Of a stretch of 64,000 nucleotides of DNA, positions 41,004-51,245 are shown one piece after another. The DNA is from an uncultured Chlamydiae bacterium (lineage in GTDB: Bacteria > Chlamydiota > Chlamydiia > Chlamydiales > Parachlamydiaceae). Numbering within the stretch: the stretch's first letter is position 1; each line of letters begins with the position of its first letter. The DNA lies in the NCBI GenBank assembly GCA_963830365.1, contig CAWHMU010000018.1:1-64000 (forward strand), written 5' to 3'. The notes beneath the pieces were generated by a model. It ran no database searches, was not told the origin of the DNA, and saw only the letters and a program-made list of their open reading frames with translations. The translations under genes and the position numbers were made by a program.

Positions 41004-41180
41004 ATGTTAAAATTCTATTCCGCCTCTTTATGCCTGCTTCTACTTGTCTGCACAACATCCTGCTACCGCATGCCAACCGACGAAGACTATTCCCTAATCC
41101 CCTCGACCAACAACCCCGATTTCACCCGTCAAGGCGGTAAAGGCAACAATAACAGTTCCATGCCAAGCTTGGGCTATTAA
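41004..41180 (+). CDS. Small putative lipoprotein (58 aa), below the ORF-track cut-off
   Basis: MLKFYSASLCLLLLVCTTSC-YRMPTDEDYSLIPSTNNPDF... Ends 12 nt before the Mcsc gene. Confidence 0.7.
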   Translation: MLKFYSASLCLLLLVCTTSCYRMPTDEDYSLIPSTNNPDFTRQGGKGNNNSSMPSLGY

Positions 41181-41192
41181 CAAAGTCGATAT

Positions 41193-41669
41193 ATGATCAA
41201 ACTTGAACTCGATGCCATCCACAGCCATTTGCGCAGCAAAGGCATCGATATCCATCTGCAGGCGCAGACCAGTCAGCTGTATCTGTTGCTCAAAATTGCT
41301 GAAACAGAATTCCCTGTCTTCATCCGCATTTTTGATGGCGACGAACTACTCCAACTGCTAACCTTCATCCCTTGCAACTTTACTGAGGCTACCACGGCAG
41401 ACACCGCCAGACTGCTGCACCTGCTCAATAAAGAAATGGATATCCCCGGCTTCGGCATGGATGAAAATGCAGGGGTTGTCTTCTACCGCTGCATGCTGCC
41501 TGCCAACCACAAGAAAATCGATGCAGCACTGCTTGACGCCTATTTGAACACCATTGATGTGGTATGCAAATCCTTTGCACCCGTCATCACGGCCGTCTCA
41601 CATGGCGCGCTGTCCTTCAATGAAGTCCTTAAAAACGCCAAACAAAACCAAGCGCTCATCAATCCTTAA
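41193..41669 (+). CDS. mcsC: Multi-cargo type III secretion chaperone Mcsc (CT260 homolog, YbjN-like fold)
   Basis: TARLLHLLNKEMDIPGFGMDE..GVVFYR motif. Adjacent to dnaQ as in Chlamydia. Confidence 0.85.
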   Translation: MIKLELDAIHSHLRSKGIDIHLQAQTSQLYLLLKIAETEFPVFIRIFDGDELLQLLTFIPCNFTEATTADTARLLHLLNKEMDIPGFGMDENAGVVFYRCMLPANHKKIDAALLDAYLNTIDVVCKSFAPVITAVSHGALSFNEVLKNAKQNQALINP

Positions 41670-41704
41670 CAAATTAAGGCTGAAAGCCATAGGAAAATTC
41701 CAGC

Positions 41705-42406
41705 ATGACACTACGAGCCATCTTCTACGATACCGAAACCACCGGCATCCGCGCTGAAAGAGACCGCATCATCGAAATTGCCGCCTACGACCCCCTAAAC
41801 AATCTCTATTTTGAAAAACTCATCAATCCCGGCTGCCCCATACCCGCCGAAGCCAGCGCCATCCACCATATCAGCGACGAAATGGTCGCTACTGCGCCTT
41901 CCTTTGATGTCGTAGCTGCCGAATTCATCGAATTCTGCCAAGGCGATGTGGTCTTGATTGCCCATAACAATGACGGCTTCGACTACCATTTCCTCAAAGC
42001 CGAATTCGGCCGGCATGGCGTGGAGATGCCTGCCTGGAAGTTCTTAGATAGCCTGAAGTGGGCCCGCCGCTACCGCAACGATCTGCCGCGCCATACGCTG
42101 CAATTCCTGCGCGAAATCTATGGCATCGCCGCAAATAACGCCCACCGGGCCCTGGACGACGTCATCGTGCTGCATCAAATCTTCAGCTTTATGACCGATG
42201 ACTTGTCCATCGACCGCATCTATGCCCTGCTAAATAAACCGCGCGAAATGCATCACATGCCTTTTGGCAAGCATCAAGGCTCGCCTCTCAAAAGCCTGCC
42301 CAAAGATTATGTCGCCTGGCTTGCCGGCAGCGGGGCCTTTAATAAAGCCGAAAACAACGATCTAAAACTAAGCCTTGAAAAACTTGGCATGCTGCAACCC
42401 TCATGA
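41705..42406 (+). CDS. dnaQ: DEDDh 3'-5' exonuclease (DNA Pol III epsilon-like)
   Basis: YDTETTG, AHNNDGFD, AHRALDD. C-terminal MPFGKHQG domain. Confidence 0.88.
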   Translation: MTLRAIFYDTETTGIRAERDRIIEIAAYDPLNNLYFEKLINPGCPIPAEASAIHHISDEMVATAPSFDVVAAEFIEFCQGDVVLIAHNNDGFDYHFLKAEFGRHGVEMPAWKFLDSLKWARRYRNDLPRHTLQFLREIYGIAANNAHRALDDVIVLHQIFSFMTDDLSIDRIYALLNKPREMHHMPFGKHQGSPLKSLPKDYVAWLAGSGAFNKAENNDLKLSLEKLGMLQPS

Positions 42407-43227
42407 AAATTGCCATCATCGGTTGCGGCTACGTCGGCATAGCCTTAGCCTCACAACTGCAAAACGACGGCCATGAGATCACCGTCACCACACGCTCGCC
42501 GTCTAAAGCCACGGCGCTGGCTAAACAGACCGCACGCATCTGCATCCTTCAGGGGAATGATGTGAATGCTCTTGTAGATTTGCTGCAAGATCAGGATGCC
42601 GCCATCCTCTGCCTTGCCGCCGACAACCAGGCGGCCTACGAAAGCACCTACCTGGACACTGCTAAAGCCCTTGCCAAAGCCGTCGAACACACCCCCAAGC
42701 TCGCACAGATTGTCTATACCGGCAGCACCTCGGTGTATGGCGAACATCATGGCGCCGTTGTCAGCGAAGACACCCCCCTCTCCCCTGCCCATGCCAGCGG
42801 CCGGATATTGGCGGCCACCGAAAGCCAGCTGCTGCAGCTGGCCACCCCTCAACGCCATGTATGCGTGCTGCGCCTTGGCGAAATTTATGGTCCGGAGCGA
42901 CACCTCGGCGAACGCCTGCGGAGCTTAAATGGCTGCGCCTTGCCGGGCAGCGGGCAAAACCTCACGAATTTGATCCACCTGGAAGATATTGTGGGGGCGA
43001 TTGTTTTTACCCTCAAGCACCGGCTGAGCGGCGTGTATAACCTCTGCAACGATCTGCATGTCACCCGCCAATCACTCTATGCCGATATCTGCCGCAAAGA
43101 GGGCCTGCCGCAAGTCATCTGGAATGCCGCCGCCCCCAGCATGCATGGCGGCAATAAAAGCGTCTCCAATGCCAAGCTCAAAGCTGCCGGCTATGCGTTC
43201 ATGCATCCAAACCCAATGAAAGACTAA
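42403..43227 (+). CDS. NAD-dependent epimerase/atypical SDR
   Basis: IIGCGYVG, STSVYG, RLGEIYGP, IHLEDI. Confidence 0.85.
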   Translation: MKIAIIGCGYVGIALASQLQNDGHEITVTTRSPSKATALAKQTARICILQGNDVNALVDLLQDQDAAILCLAADNQAAYESTYLDTAKALAKAVEHTPKLAQIVYTGSTSVYGEHHGAVVSEDTPLSPAHASGRILAATESQLLQLATPQRHVCVLRLGEIYGPERHLGERLRSLNGCALPGSGQNLTNLIHLEDIVGAIVFTLKHRLSGVYNLCNDLHVTRQSLYADICRKEGLPQVIWNAAAPSMHGGNKSVSNAKLKAAGYAFMHPNPMKD

Positions 43228-43243
43228 AAAGCTGGAGCTTTCT

Positions 43244-44164
43244 ATGAATATAACCCCTCATATATACGGTCAGCATTTTTTAACGACTATCAGCCGGGTG
43301 ATGGATTCTCAAAAGCATATCGACAAGCTTAACCGGGCCGAATTACGCGTTGGCGCATATTTAGCGGAATCGAAAGAACCTTTAGATAAAGAAACTGCAG
43401 CATATAAGGATTTAAAGGTTTTCAAAAAAGCGATATCCACTTCGATAAATACCTGCCAGGATAGACTCTGCAGAGATATATCCATCCTTATAACAACACA
43501 TAAACCACCCCACACCTTAACGAAACATCATAGACAACAGCTGCAAAAGATAAATGCCTTATGCGATCGATTAGCCCTTTTCAAAGGTCTCGACAAAGCC
43601 AGCGAAGACTTGGAACTAAGCATCGCGAATCTGTTAGAGAAAAAATCTCTGAGCCAACAAAACCAGACGCTACGATTTGCAGCCTTTTGCATGCACGATG
43701 GCTACTCAGAAGCTCAGCGCATCGCCCTCATGGATACATTATCCTTAATCCTCTTCCATCAAATCCCGCCAAGTCAAAAGCTTGAATGCTACGAAGTAAT
43801 TAAAAACTTCCTAAAACCAAAAGAGGAGGCCTATTACTTTGCAGCACTGCATTGCCTGGAATTTATCGTTCCGGCAAGAAGGCTAGAACTGTTGAAGGAG
43901 TTCAATAAGGGACTTATCAACATTCAAAATCCAAATGATCATAGCGTGCTCATTTTTGAGCGCTTGCTGGCTACCGTTTTCCAGGATGAGCAAATCAAAA
44001 AGGATTCTCATCACTATCTCTTACAAAAATTGGATCACCAGACCTCCGATGACATAAAAGCTAAAATAATCGCTGCAAAAATATACAAATACAACGATCT
44101 AATGGGCTTAAAAGATGATGAGGCCTTATACAAAAAAGCTGCCAAAATTCTAACAATGTCCTAA
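43244..44164 (+). CDS. Hypothetical protein, partial paralog of 45867..49661
   Basis: Helical, AT-rich ORF. Its C-terminal region aligns by eye with the large ORF. Confidence 0.7.
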   Translation: MNITPHIYGQHFLTTISRVMDSQKHIDKLNRAELRVGAYLAESKEPLDKETAAYKDLKVFKKAISTSINTCQDRLCRDISILITTHKPPHTLTKHHRQQLQKINALCDRLALFKGLDKASEDLELSIANLLEKKSLSQQNQTLRFAAFCMHDGYSEAQRIALMDTLSLILFHQIPPSQKLECYEVIKNFLKPKEEAYYFAALHCLEFIVPARRLELLKEFNKGLINIQNPNDHSVLIFERLLATVFQDEQIKKDSHHYLLQKLDHQTSDDIKAKIIAAKIYKYNDLMGLKDDEALYKKAAKILTMS

Positions 44165-44231
44165 AATAAATATTGAAAGAAATACACAAATATTATTCCA
44201 TCTAATTTATAAGACTATAAGGATTATCTTC

Positions 44232-44699
44232 ATGAGCATTCCTCTCGGATCAAGTTCTTTGCCATCTCCACACATTAACCACAGTAATCTGACTGCCATG
44301 GGTGATTTAGCCCTGGGCATATTAAAATTTGGCTCTGTCGATATCACAAATTCAGAAGGGGAAACTCTTTTACATTTAGCTGTCCGCACCAATGACCATG
44401 TCCTGGCAACAAGACTGATTGCTATGAAGGCCGACGTAAACAGGTCAAATTTTGTCAACATCACCCCACTGCAGGCAGCCGCAGGATGCCCGGATGAGCG
44501 TATGTGTAAATTGCTAGTCGATGCTAAAGCCGATGTAAACAAAGCCGGCGCTTTCAATGAGACTCCTATTCATAAGGCTCTTGACCTAGGCTTAAGATGT
44601 AACATAGTTTATTTAATCAACAATGGTGCGGATATGAATGCACCAAGTTGTTGGAATAAGTCTGCTAAGCAAAGATGTACGTCATTTTTTAGTAAATAA
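44232..44699 (+). CDS. Ankyrin repeat protein
   Basis: GETLLHLAV, ADVN, TPLQAA, ETPIHKA, NGADMN. Confidence 0.85.
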   Translation: MSIPLGSSSLPSPHINHSNLTAMGDLALGILKFGSVDITNSEGETLLHLAVRTNDHVLATRLIAMKADVNRSNFVNITPLQAAAGCPDERMCKLLVDAKADVNKAGAFNETPIHKALDLGLRCNIVYLINNGADMNAPSCWNKSAKQRCTSFFSK

Positions 44700-44812
44700 T
44701 GTGCTCATCATCTGAATGATTGAGCGGGCCCTGTTCACCTCTGACATGAATGCTTTCGATGTCCGCACAAATGCGTACTTGCCTGGGAGGAATCATCAAA
44801 AAAGACTTAATC

Positions 44813-45051
44813 GGTTCATCACACAAACGTGTGGTTGAGAGAGATGACTGCTCAAGTACTCATGACGTGAAAGGACTTTGAGGCTTGGCGTCTGGTTTGT
44901 GATTTGTGATTTGAGAGTCCTAAATGCATTAGAAAGCCCGACTGCTTTCAAATCGCAAATCGCAAGCCTGACCTCAAACCGTTCAGCCAAAGCCTACATG
45001 ATGAGTTTTTGAGATGTTAGCTCTGTCAACCACTCATTTATGTGATGCACC
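44813..45051. mobile_element. MITE with the same TIR as 30683..31094 but a different interior
   Basis: GGTTCATCACACAAACGTGTGGTTGA / TCAACCACTCATTTATGTGATGCACC. Interior hairpin related to 58157..58243. Confidence 0.78.
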
Positions 45052-45167
45052 AGTTATCTAGCCCCTCTACGGGATAATATCAAAATGTTTTAAATAGAAC
45101 AAAAAAAATATAGTTCTGTTCTCTGTTTAAACAATCCAATACTAGCCTATGAGACAAACCCTCCTGG

Positions 45168-45725
45168 CAAAGCATTTTGATTAAAAAGATTTGATAGGTC
45201 GCAAGACTGTTATTTTAATTTCGTCCATATAAACTCCTGGATCTGGGCTTGAGTTAGCCGTGAATACGGCGGCAGAGTCTTCGCGTGGACTGCCGACATA
45301 GCCACGGCTTGGTAGCTTTAGCTCTGATTACCATAAGCTTACGCCATGTGGCTGCATGCTTCTGCCGTATTCACGGCAAAGGCGGTTCATCCGGTTTTAT
45401 AGGACCCTCCTAGAAAAGGATGCGTAGAAATGGGGAAATGTCTGTAACACATCGGAGCACAAATAACAGGATATTAGGATGGACAGGATGAAAGATTTAA
45501 ACTTTAGTTTGCCAACTTTGCGATTTATGTAAGTCTTGGGTGATCATCCTATTTTTCATATCCAGACCATCGTAATATCCTGTTATTTCTGCTTGCCCTT
45601 TTCTCTTTACAAGTCCTGCAAAACCGGAAGAACCGCAAAGGCAAGCATTTGTACTGGATGTTTAAATGGCTGAAGTTAACCAATACCTGTGCTAACTATC
45701 AAATCTTTTTAATCAAAACATCGTG
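45168..45725. mobile_element. 558-bp composite element with 9-bp duplication CCCTCCTGG
   Basis: TTTTGATTAAAAAGATTTGATAG / CTATCAAATCTTTTTAATCAAAA. CCCTCCTGG at 45159-45167 and 45726-45734. Confidence 0.82.
45384..45634. mobile_element. Nested MITE with 8-bp duplication GCAAAGGC
   Basis: GGTTCATCCGGTTTTATAGGAC / GTCCTGCAAAACCGGAAGAACC. GCAAAGGC at 45376-45383 and 45635-45642. Confidence 0.85.
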
Positions 45726-45866
45726 CCCTCCTGGACAGACACTCTTTTGTCTAATAAACATAAATATATTTTAATATATCTAACATTTAGTTATATAGTT
45801 GATTAAGCAGGTAAATATAAAAAATAAGTACCTTCCTGATCCATTAACATAGATTTGGAGCGTCAT

Positions 45867-48800
45867 ATGTCTACTTCTAATCTTGAACATAATGAACATA
45901 CAAACTTTAGTGATAATATAAATAAAGCTACAGAAAATAGCTCACCAGCCAACTCCCAGTCGTCCAGTACAGTCATTAGAACAACAAGCGCGCTAACTAT
46001 CTTTGCCGATTTGATAGATCATGCGCACAACGATGCCGACAAAATCCAGCATAAAATCAAACTGCTGGCATTGGATGAGTATAAGCATGCCGATGAAGCT
46101 CTTAAGAATTTACATCTAAGCGGCTTTGAAATCGCGCATACAGAACATGATCATTGCAACGACACAGAAAAAAATCCCCAGCTACTGGCAGAAATAAAAC
46201 TTCTCTGCAAAATGACCATGCTTATCCCTGAAAAGGAACGAAATGCCGCCTCCAAAGACTTTTTAATTTTCTTCAAAAATTTGGATCACAAGGAAAGCAA
46301 TTTAACCTCCACCTCCGAACTGGCCTATCAAATATTACTAAAGGCCGCCCCGGAACAAAGAGGCATCATCTTAAGAGTTGCCTCAGCTTCTATCAAAGAT
46401 ACTGACAACAAGGATCAGCGCCTGCATCTGTTAACGACCTTAGCTTCGGTTTCACCAAACGAACTAACAGCCTTTTGCCAGCTTGCCAGTCCCAACATGG
46501 CCCATATCAAAGACAGCAACACCTGCTGCCGGATCTTTGAAGCCTTGATATCGGTGCCTAAAAGCCTAAGAGAGGAAACTTTCGAAATTATGGCGCCGCA
46601 TATCAAGGATCTGGCCGCCGGATCGCGTCCCATTGCCGGGGCTTACCAAAGCCTGGTTTCCTTTGTCATAGAATCAAAAAAAATCACCTACTTCACCCGC
46701 CCTCGGCAGTACGCTGAACTATGCCGACTGGCCTGGCCGTTGCTGGCTGATATCGCCGCGAATACTGCCACCCCACCCTCATCTCTCTATAAACCTGTGC
46801 TCAATACGCTATATGAAATCGAACCAAAAGAAAGAGAAGACTTCTGTCGCCTGATACAGCCTATTTTAAAAACAATCGACGATCCTGCCGAATATGCCGC
46901 ATTCTTTGACTTTATCTATTTAATCCCTCTTGAACAACGCAAAGATGTCATCAAAGATCTGACGGCACATGGCACCGGCATCTATCAAGACCTGGCCGAA
47001 GGACTTAGATTCATCCCGTTGGAAGACAGGTCAGCCGCCATCCAACCATTGCTATATCTTTTCGAAGATGCCATTTCTGTGGAAAAAGCACATTGCTTTC
47101 AGAGTCTGCGTAATATCTCGCCCGATTGCAGAGGCAAAGTTTTTGAAGTAGCCGCTTCATTGGCGCAATTTGTGAAAGACAACCGCGATGAGGTATTTAG
47201 AGGCGTCATTAATTTCCCCATGCGCCACCTCGATTATCTCCACGGCTATGTTAAAGAGGTGCTGCACAAATTCAACTATGATAATGAAGATCAGTTTCTA
47301 TCCTTCCTTGAACTATTGTCAGAAATTCCTGCCGATAGCATTGAAGATATCAGCAAACTGGCCTTCTCATTTTTCGACCAGACAAAACGTGTAGACGGAA
47401 ATATGTATAACTCCCTCCTGCATACCCTGGCTAATATTCAAAAGAATGATGCGGCTGATCTCATCAAGTTCATACAGCCGCTCATCAAAGGCATCGATAG
47501 CGGCTACGACCGTATCAAAATCCTGCAAGCATTCAAACCCATCCCTCACAAACAGCGAGAAGAGATCTATCAAAGCGCGCAACCTTTCTTTGCTAACATC
47601 ACCTATAGCGGAAGCCAACAGGCCGTCCTTTACGCCATCATCAAATCAATTCCACCCGAACATCGGAATGCTTTGTTCCAGATCGCAGCACCCCTTTTAG
47701 AAAATATCAAGCAGGGGGATCAAGCAAATTTAATCTTGGAAGCCTTAAAAGCCTTTCCACATGAACAAAGAATCGATCTTCCGAATCTGATGGCGCCATA
47801 TGCCAAAGAAATCACTACGCATTCTTTCGCCGCCGACCTCCTTAAAACCTTACGACTGTTCCCGCCAGAAGAAAGGAAGATAGCGCTTGAGCTGTCGTTT
47901 TCCCTTATCAATGAGCTCCAAGGTGCTTATGTACTGGTACCTTCCGTCATGAAAACCCTAAATCAAATTCCCGACGATGAAATAAAAGAGATTGTGGCCG
48001 TCATCAAAGACAAATACGCTTTGGAATTTAAGGCCCAATTCAACCACATTATCCCAGCCCTCGCCCTCATACCTGGCCAGCAAAGGATAAATAGCATCGA
48101 TGCCATCAAAAGCCTCTTGAAAATGAAGCCCGAAATCTATCTATGCGCCTTGGAAATGCTGAATTTCGTCGCCCCCGCTCAAAGACTGCCGACACTCATA
48201 GACCTGCTCAAAGATTGCGCCAAACTGGTAAGTCCGGGTGATTCCCGCTATGACATGTGCAGAAAACTTCTCAGCTACTTTTTTGAAGATGAAAAAATAC
48301 AGGCAGACTCTTATGCCCACCTGATGGAGATGTTGGACAAATGCCTTATCGACCGCCATGCCGCAGCCAGGCTTGCCAAAAATATCTACGATAACCAGGA
48401 ACCCCTATTACTGCATGACGAGCATCCTCTCTTCCAAAGAGCTCTTGAGGTGCTATCCCTGACAGACAGAAATACCGCCCACCCGAAAAACCCCTACACC
48501 CTTTACCAGCAGCTTAAAGATATTCTACATGCCGAGAAGTTGATCCAAACAGGCCCAGACACAGCCCTTACCATCGAGATCCATGGAAAACAACACCGGA
48601 TAGGTGTCGCGCTGAATTTGGAAGGTTTCCGCAAACACGCTGTTAACAAAGGCTTCACCTTCGGCAATTTGCCATCCGGCGTCTCTGAAAGCAGTTTCGA
48701 AAGCCTATTTTCCGCCCTGGAAACGCGTTTGCAAGCTCTTCCAGCCACCGATAAAAAACAGGCCGAAGATGAAATCTATGCCCTTTGTGGAGACACCCAG

Positions 48801-49661
48801 CTGGCACAACTGAAGTCTGAAACCATCGGCTTCGGCAAGGAAATTCCAAAACTGCTAAAAGCCAAAGGTGGTAAACACGACCCTGTCAGCAACACCATCT
48901 TCTACCTTTACACCATCCTGACTGCCATCTACAGCGAAAGTAACCAATGCAAACAAGGCGAACTGCTATCGCCTCAGGAACTGATGTTCCTTAAATTCTT
49001 AAGCCAGATCAAAGAATGCTCCATCGGTCAAAAAGACGGCATCGCCCTGTATTATAACTATAGCATTCCGGTTAAGTTTCACCAGGGCAATGCCGCCGTC
49101 AGTGCCGTTGAGAAGATCGAAAGCTGCCTCGACCAGGGCATTCAAGCGATACTTAATGAAACATTCACCAGCGAAGAGATGCTTAAAGAAATCGGCGGCC
49201 AAGCTGTCGTTCAACAGGCCCACCATACCCTTTATCTCAAAAACCGCTACAGCTACCAACTGGGTTTGCTTCACAACCTAAGCTTCGATCCTTATGCCAA
49301 TGTCATCGCCGATGGGTTTATCGACTGTACTGAAACAATCGATCCCGATAAAGGCCTGGGAAAAGCTGCTCTACAAGCCCTGAAGACAATATTACTCCAC
49401 ATCAGTCCTGAATACATAATGAAGCGCACGAAAAAAGGCATTGCCGATGCCTTAAAGGCTGGTATTATTAAATATGACAATCTGGCTACATACCTTGAAC
49501 AGTCCGGCATTAAAAAGGACGATGATGACTGGTTGGATTTCATCGAATATTCCCTAGGCATAGACGGAGAACCCGACTATGCCAAATTGCTGGGGATTAC
49601 CGATAGCGCCACCCTCGCCATATTAATAAAAACGGGCTATTTCATCCAAAAAAAGGATTAA
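45867..49661 (+). CDS. Large alpha-helical repeat protein, candidate secreted effector
   Basis: Ser/Asn-rich N-terminus, many L..IP.E.R-type helical repeats, distinct C-terminal domain. Confidence 0.8.
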   Translation: MSTSNLEHNEHTNFSDNINKATENSSPANSQSSSTVIRTTSALTIFADLIDHAHNDADKIQHKIKLLALDEYKHADEALKNLHLSGFEIAHTEHDHCNDTEKNPQLLAEIKLLCKMTMLIPEKERNAASKDFLIFFKNLDHKESNLTSTSELAYQILLKAAPEQRGIILRVASASIKDTDNKDQRLHLLTTLASVSPNELTAFCQLASPNMAHIKDSNTCCRIFEALISVPKSLREETFEIMAPHIKDLAAGSRPIAGAYQSLVSFVIESKKITYFTRPRQYAELCRLAWPLLADIAANTATPPSSLYKPVLNTLYEIEPKEREDFCRLIQPILKTIDDPAEYAAFFDFIYLIPLEQRKDVIKDLTAHGTGIYQDLAEGLRFIPLEDRSAAIQPLLYLFEDAISVEKAHCFQSLRNISPDCRGKVFEVAASLAQFVKDNRDEVFRGVINFPMRHLDYLHGYVKEVLHKFNYDNEDQFLSFLELLSEIPADSIEDISKLAFSFFDQTKRVDGNMYNSLLHTLANIQKNDAADLIKFIQPLIKGIDSGYDRIKILQAFKPIPHKQREEIYQSAQPFFANITYSGSQQAVLYAIIKSIPPEHRNALFQIAAPLLENIKQGDQANLILEALKAFPHEQRIDLPNLMAPYAKEITTHSFAADLLKTLRLFPPEERKIALELSFSLINELQGAYVLVPSVMKTLNQIPDDEIKEIVAVIKDKYALEFKAQFNHIIPALALIPGQQRINSIDAIKSLLKMKPEIYLCALEMLNFVAPAQRLPTLIDLLKDCAKLVSPGDSRYDMCRKLLSYFFEDEKIQADSYAHLMEMLDKCLIDRHAAARLAKNIYDNQEPLLLHDEHPLFQRALEVLSLTDRNTAHPKNPYTLYQQLKDILHAEKLIQTGPDTALTIEIHGKQHRIGVALNLEGFRKHAVNKGFTFGNLPSGVSESSFESLFSALETRLQALPATDKKQAEDEIYALCGDTQLAQLKSETIGFGKEIPKLLKAKGGKHDPVSNTIFYLYTILTAIYSESNQCKQGELLSPQELMFLKFLSQIKECSIGQKDGIALYYNYSIPVKFHQGNAAVSAVEKIESCLDQGIQAILNETFTSEEMLKEIGGQAVVQQAHHTLYLKNRYSYQLGLLHNLSFDPYANVIADGFIDCTETIDPDKGLGKAALQALKTILLHISPEYIMKRTKKGIADALKAGIIKYDNLATYLEQSGIKKDDDDWLDFIEYSLGIDGEPDYAKLLGITDSATLAILIKTGYFIQKKD

Positions 49662-49705
49662 TGGCTAATTTCATAAATTCGCTATGTGGTTTATGCAATT
49701 TGACA

Positions 49706-49742
49706 CTAGTGCTCCATCAACCTTTGCTTGATGGAGCACTAG
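49706..49742. terminator. Perfect 15-bp-stem hairpin after the large ORF
   Basis: CTAGTGCTCCATCAA-CCTTTGC-TTGATGGAGCACTAG. No U-tract. Confidence 0.45.
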
Positions 49743-50314
49743 GGCGTTCTGATTATACTTCAAACCTCAAAGCTGTAATTTACATAAAGTGAGCTACTCA
49801 TTTGCGTGCTGAGCCACCATTCGGTGGTGTCAACGTAACAAAAATGAAAAATAACAGGCTTGGTTCTTCTGACAAATGAGGACCTTTAGCAGGTAAAAGT
49901 ATTAAGTCTTCAGATTTTTATGAACCTTCATTATCATAACTTTGTGAACTGCTTGAGATCTTGAGCAAACCTTCTACAATCCCCGTTTGAGAAAATTGCA
50001 AAGGTACTTATGTAGCTCAAATTAAGATGTTGGATAGTGCCTTATACCGCGGTAGCGGTCAGCAGATTTCAGCCTACTTGCAAACCTTCGTCGAAAAGAC
50101 AAGTATACGACTTCTTGAATATGGAATATTTTAAAACAGCTTTATCATCTCTACGAGTCGAGCTCCTCATTTGTCGGAGGAACCCAGGCTTTTAGGAGGG
50201 TCAGCATAAAAAAATCGGCAATACAGCATTCGTACCGCCTAGTGAGAAATTCCGCTCATCCTGACCATCCTAAAATCCTGCTGACTTTCCGCCACTGTCT
50301 ACCGAATGTTTTAA

Positions 50315-50357
50315 CCTAGAAACGGCGGTTGTTCCTGGAAAATCTGTCGTTTCTAGG
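50315..50357. mobile_element. 43-bp element with CCTAGAAACG ends and 5-bp duplication TTTAA
   Basis: TTTAA|CCTAGAAACGGCGGTTG...CTGTCGTTTCTAGG|TTTAA. Confidence 0.7.
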
Positions 50358-50396
50358 TTTAATATAAACGCCCTGCAAAACGCCCGAAGACTATTA

Positions 50397-50972
50397 TCAA
50401 ACTTTTTTTTCTTTAGCTTCACTTACAGCTGTCATAGCTATGGCTGCTGGCACGGGACCGCTTATGGCATTAAATACCTTATCGGAAACATGGACGACGA
50501 ATTTTTCTGTGCCTGTCGGATTGAAAAACGTTGCGCCGCCAACGGCTGCGATGAGACAGGTCGTGCATGAGCAGCCACAGCAACAACCTGTCGTTGCTGC
50601 ACAGGTGGCAGTGACAAGGATGACAGCGCCTGTTGATCTTTGCAATATCGCCTTCACTTCTGCACCCACATGGGAAACGACATCATTAACGGCTTCCTTT
50701 GACTTATCAATTAATGGCCCCCCGGCAGCATTGCTTAAAGCGCCGATTGAAGTTGTGGCGGCATTTGTCACAACTGTTGATGCATTGCCAAACAAAGCTC
50801 TAGCTGAGCCAGCTGCAAAAGAGGCGCTGGCAAAAAAATTCAAAGCCACATCTAATACCATTCTAGGGTAGGATGGGGTTTCTGATGCGGCACTGCTAGC
50901 AGCCGCCGAAGATGACATATGGCTTAAGGGAGATCCCAAACGAGAGGGCGAATCAAGTGATGTTGATGACAC
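50397..50972 (-). CDS. Ser/Ala-rich hypothetical protein with a Cys-rich hydrophobic hairpin
   Basis: GTG start after AGGAG. VILVTATCAATTGCCCGCSCTTCLIAAVGGATFF. Confidence 0.65.
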   Translation of the reverse strand: MSSTSLDSPSRLGSPLSHMSSSAAASSAASETPSYPRMVLDVALNFFASASFAAGSARALFGNASTVVTNAATTSIGALSNAAGGPLIDKSKEAVNDVVSHVGAEVKAILQRSTGAVILVTATCAATTGCCCGCSCTTCLIAAVGGATFFNPTGTEKFVVHVSDKVFNAISGPVPAAIAMTAVSEAKEKKV

Positions 50973-51245
50973 AGCAGACTCCTTTTCGGTTCCAACGTCA
51001 AATTGTTTTTCACAGGTTAACTAACGTAATATTTATTAATTAAATTAAAGGAAAGAAAAAAGGTGACAACCTTCGTCTAGAAGTTTATAGCGCAGAACTC
51101 TTGCCACATTCGCTAGTGCAAGGCCGGACAGCTGTCGACTTCGATGTAAAGACACATTCCCTTTAATCAGAAAATATGGCAGTGTCTTTATTATACCATC
51201 CACATACAGACGGCTAGACCAGGATCTAATGGCTTTGGATCATAA

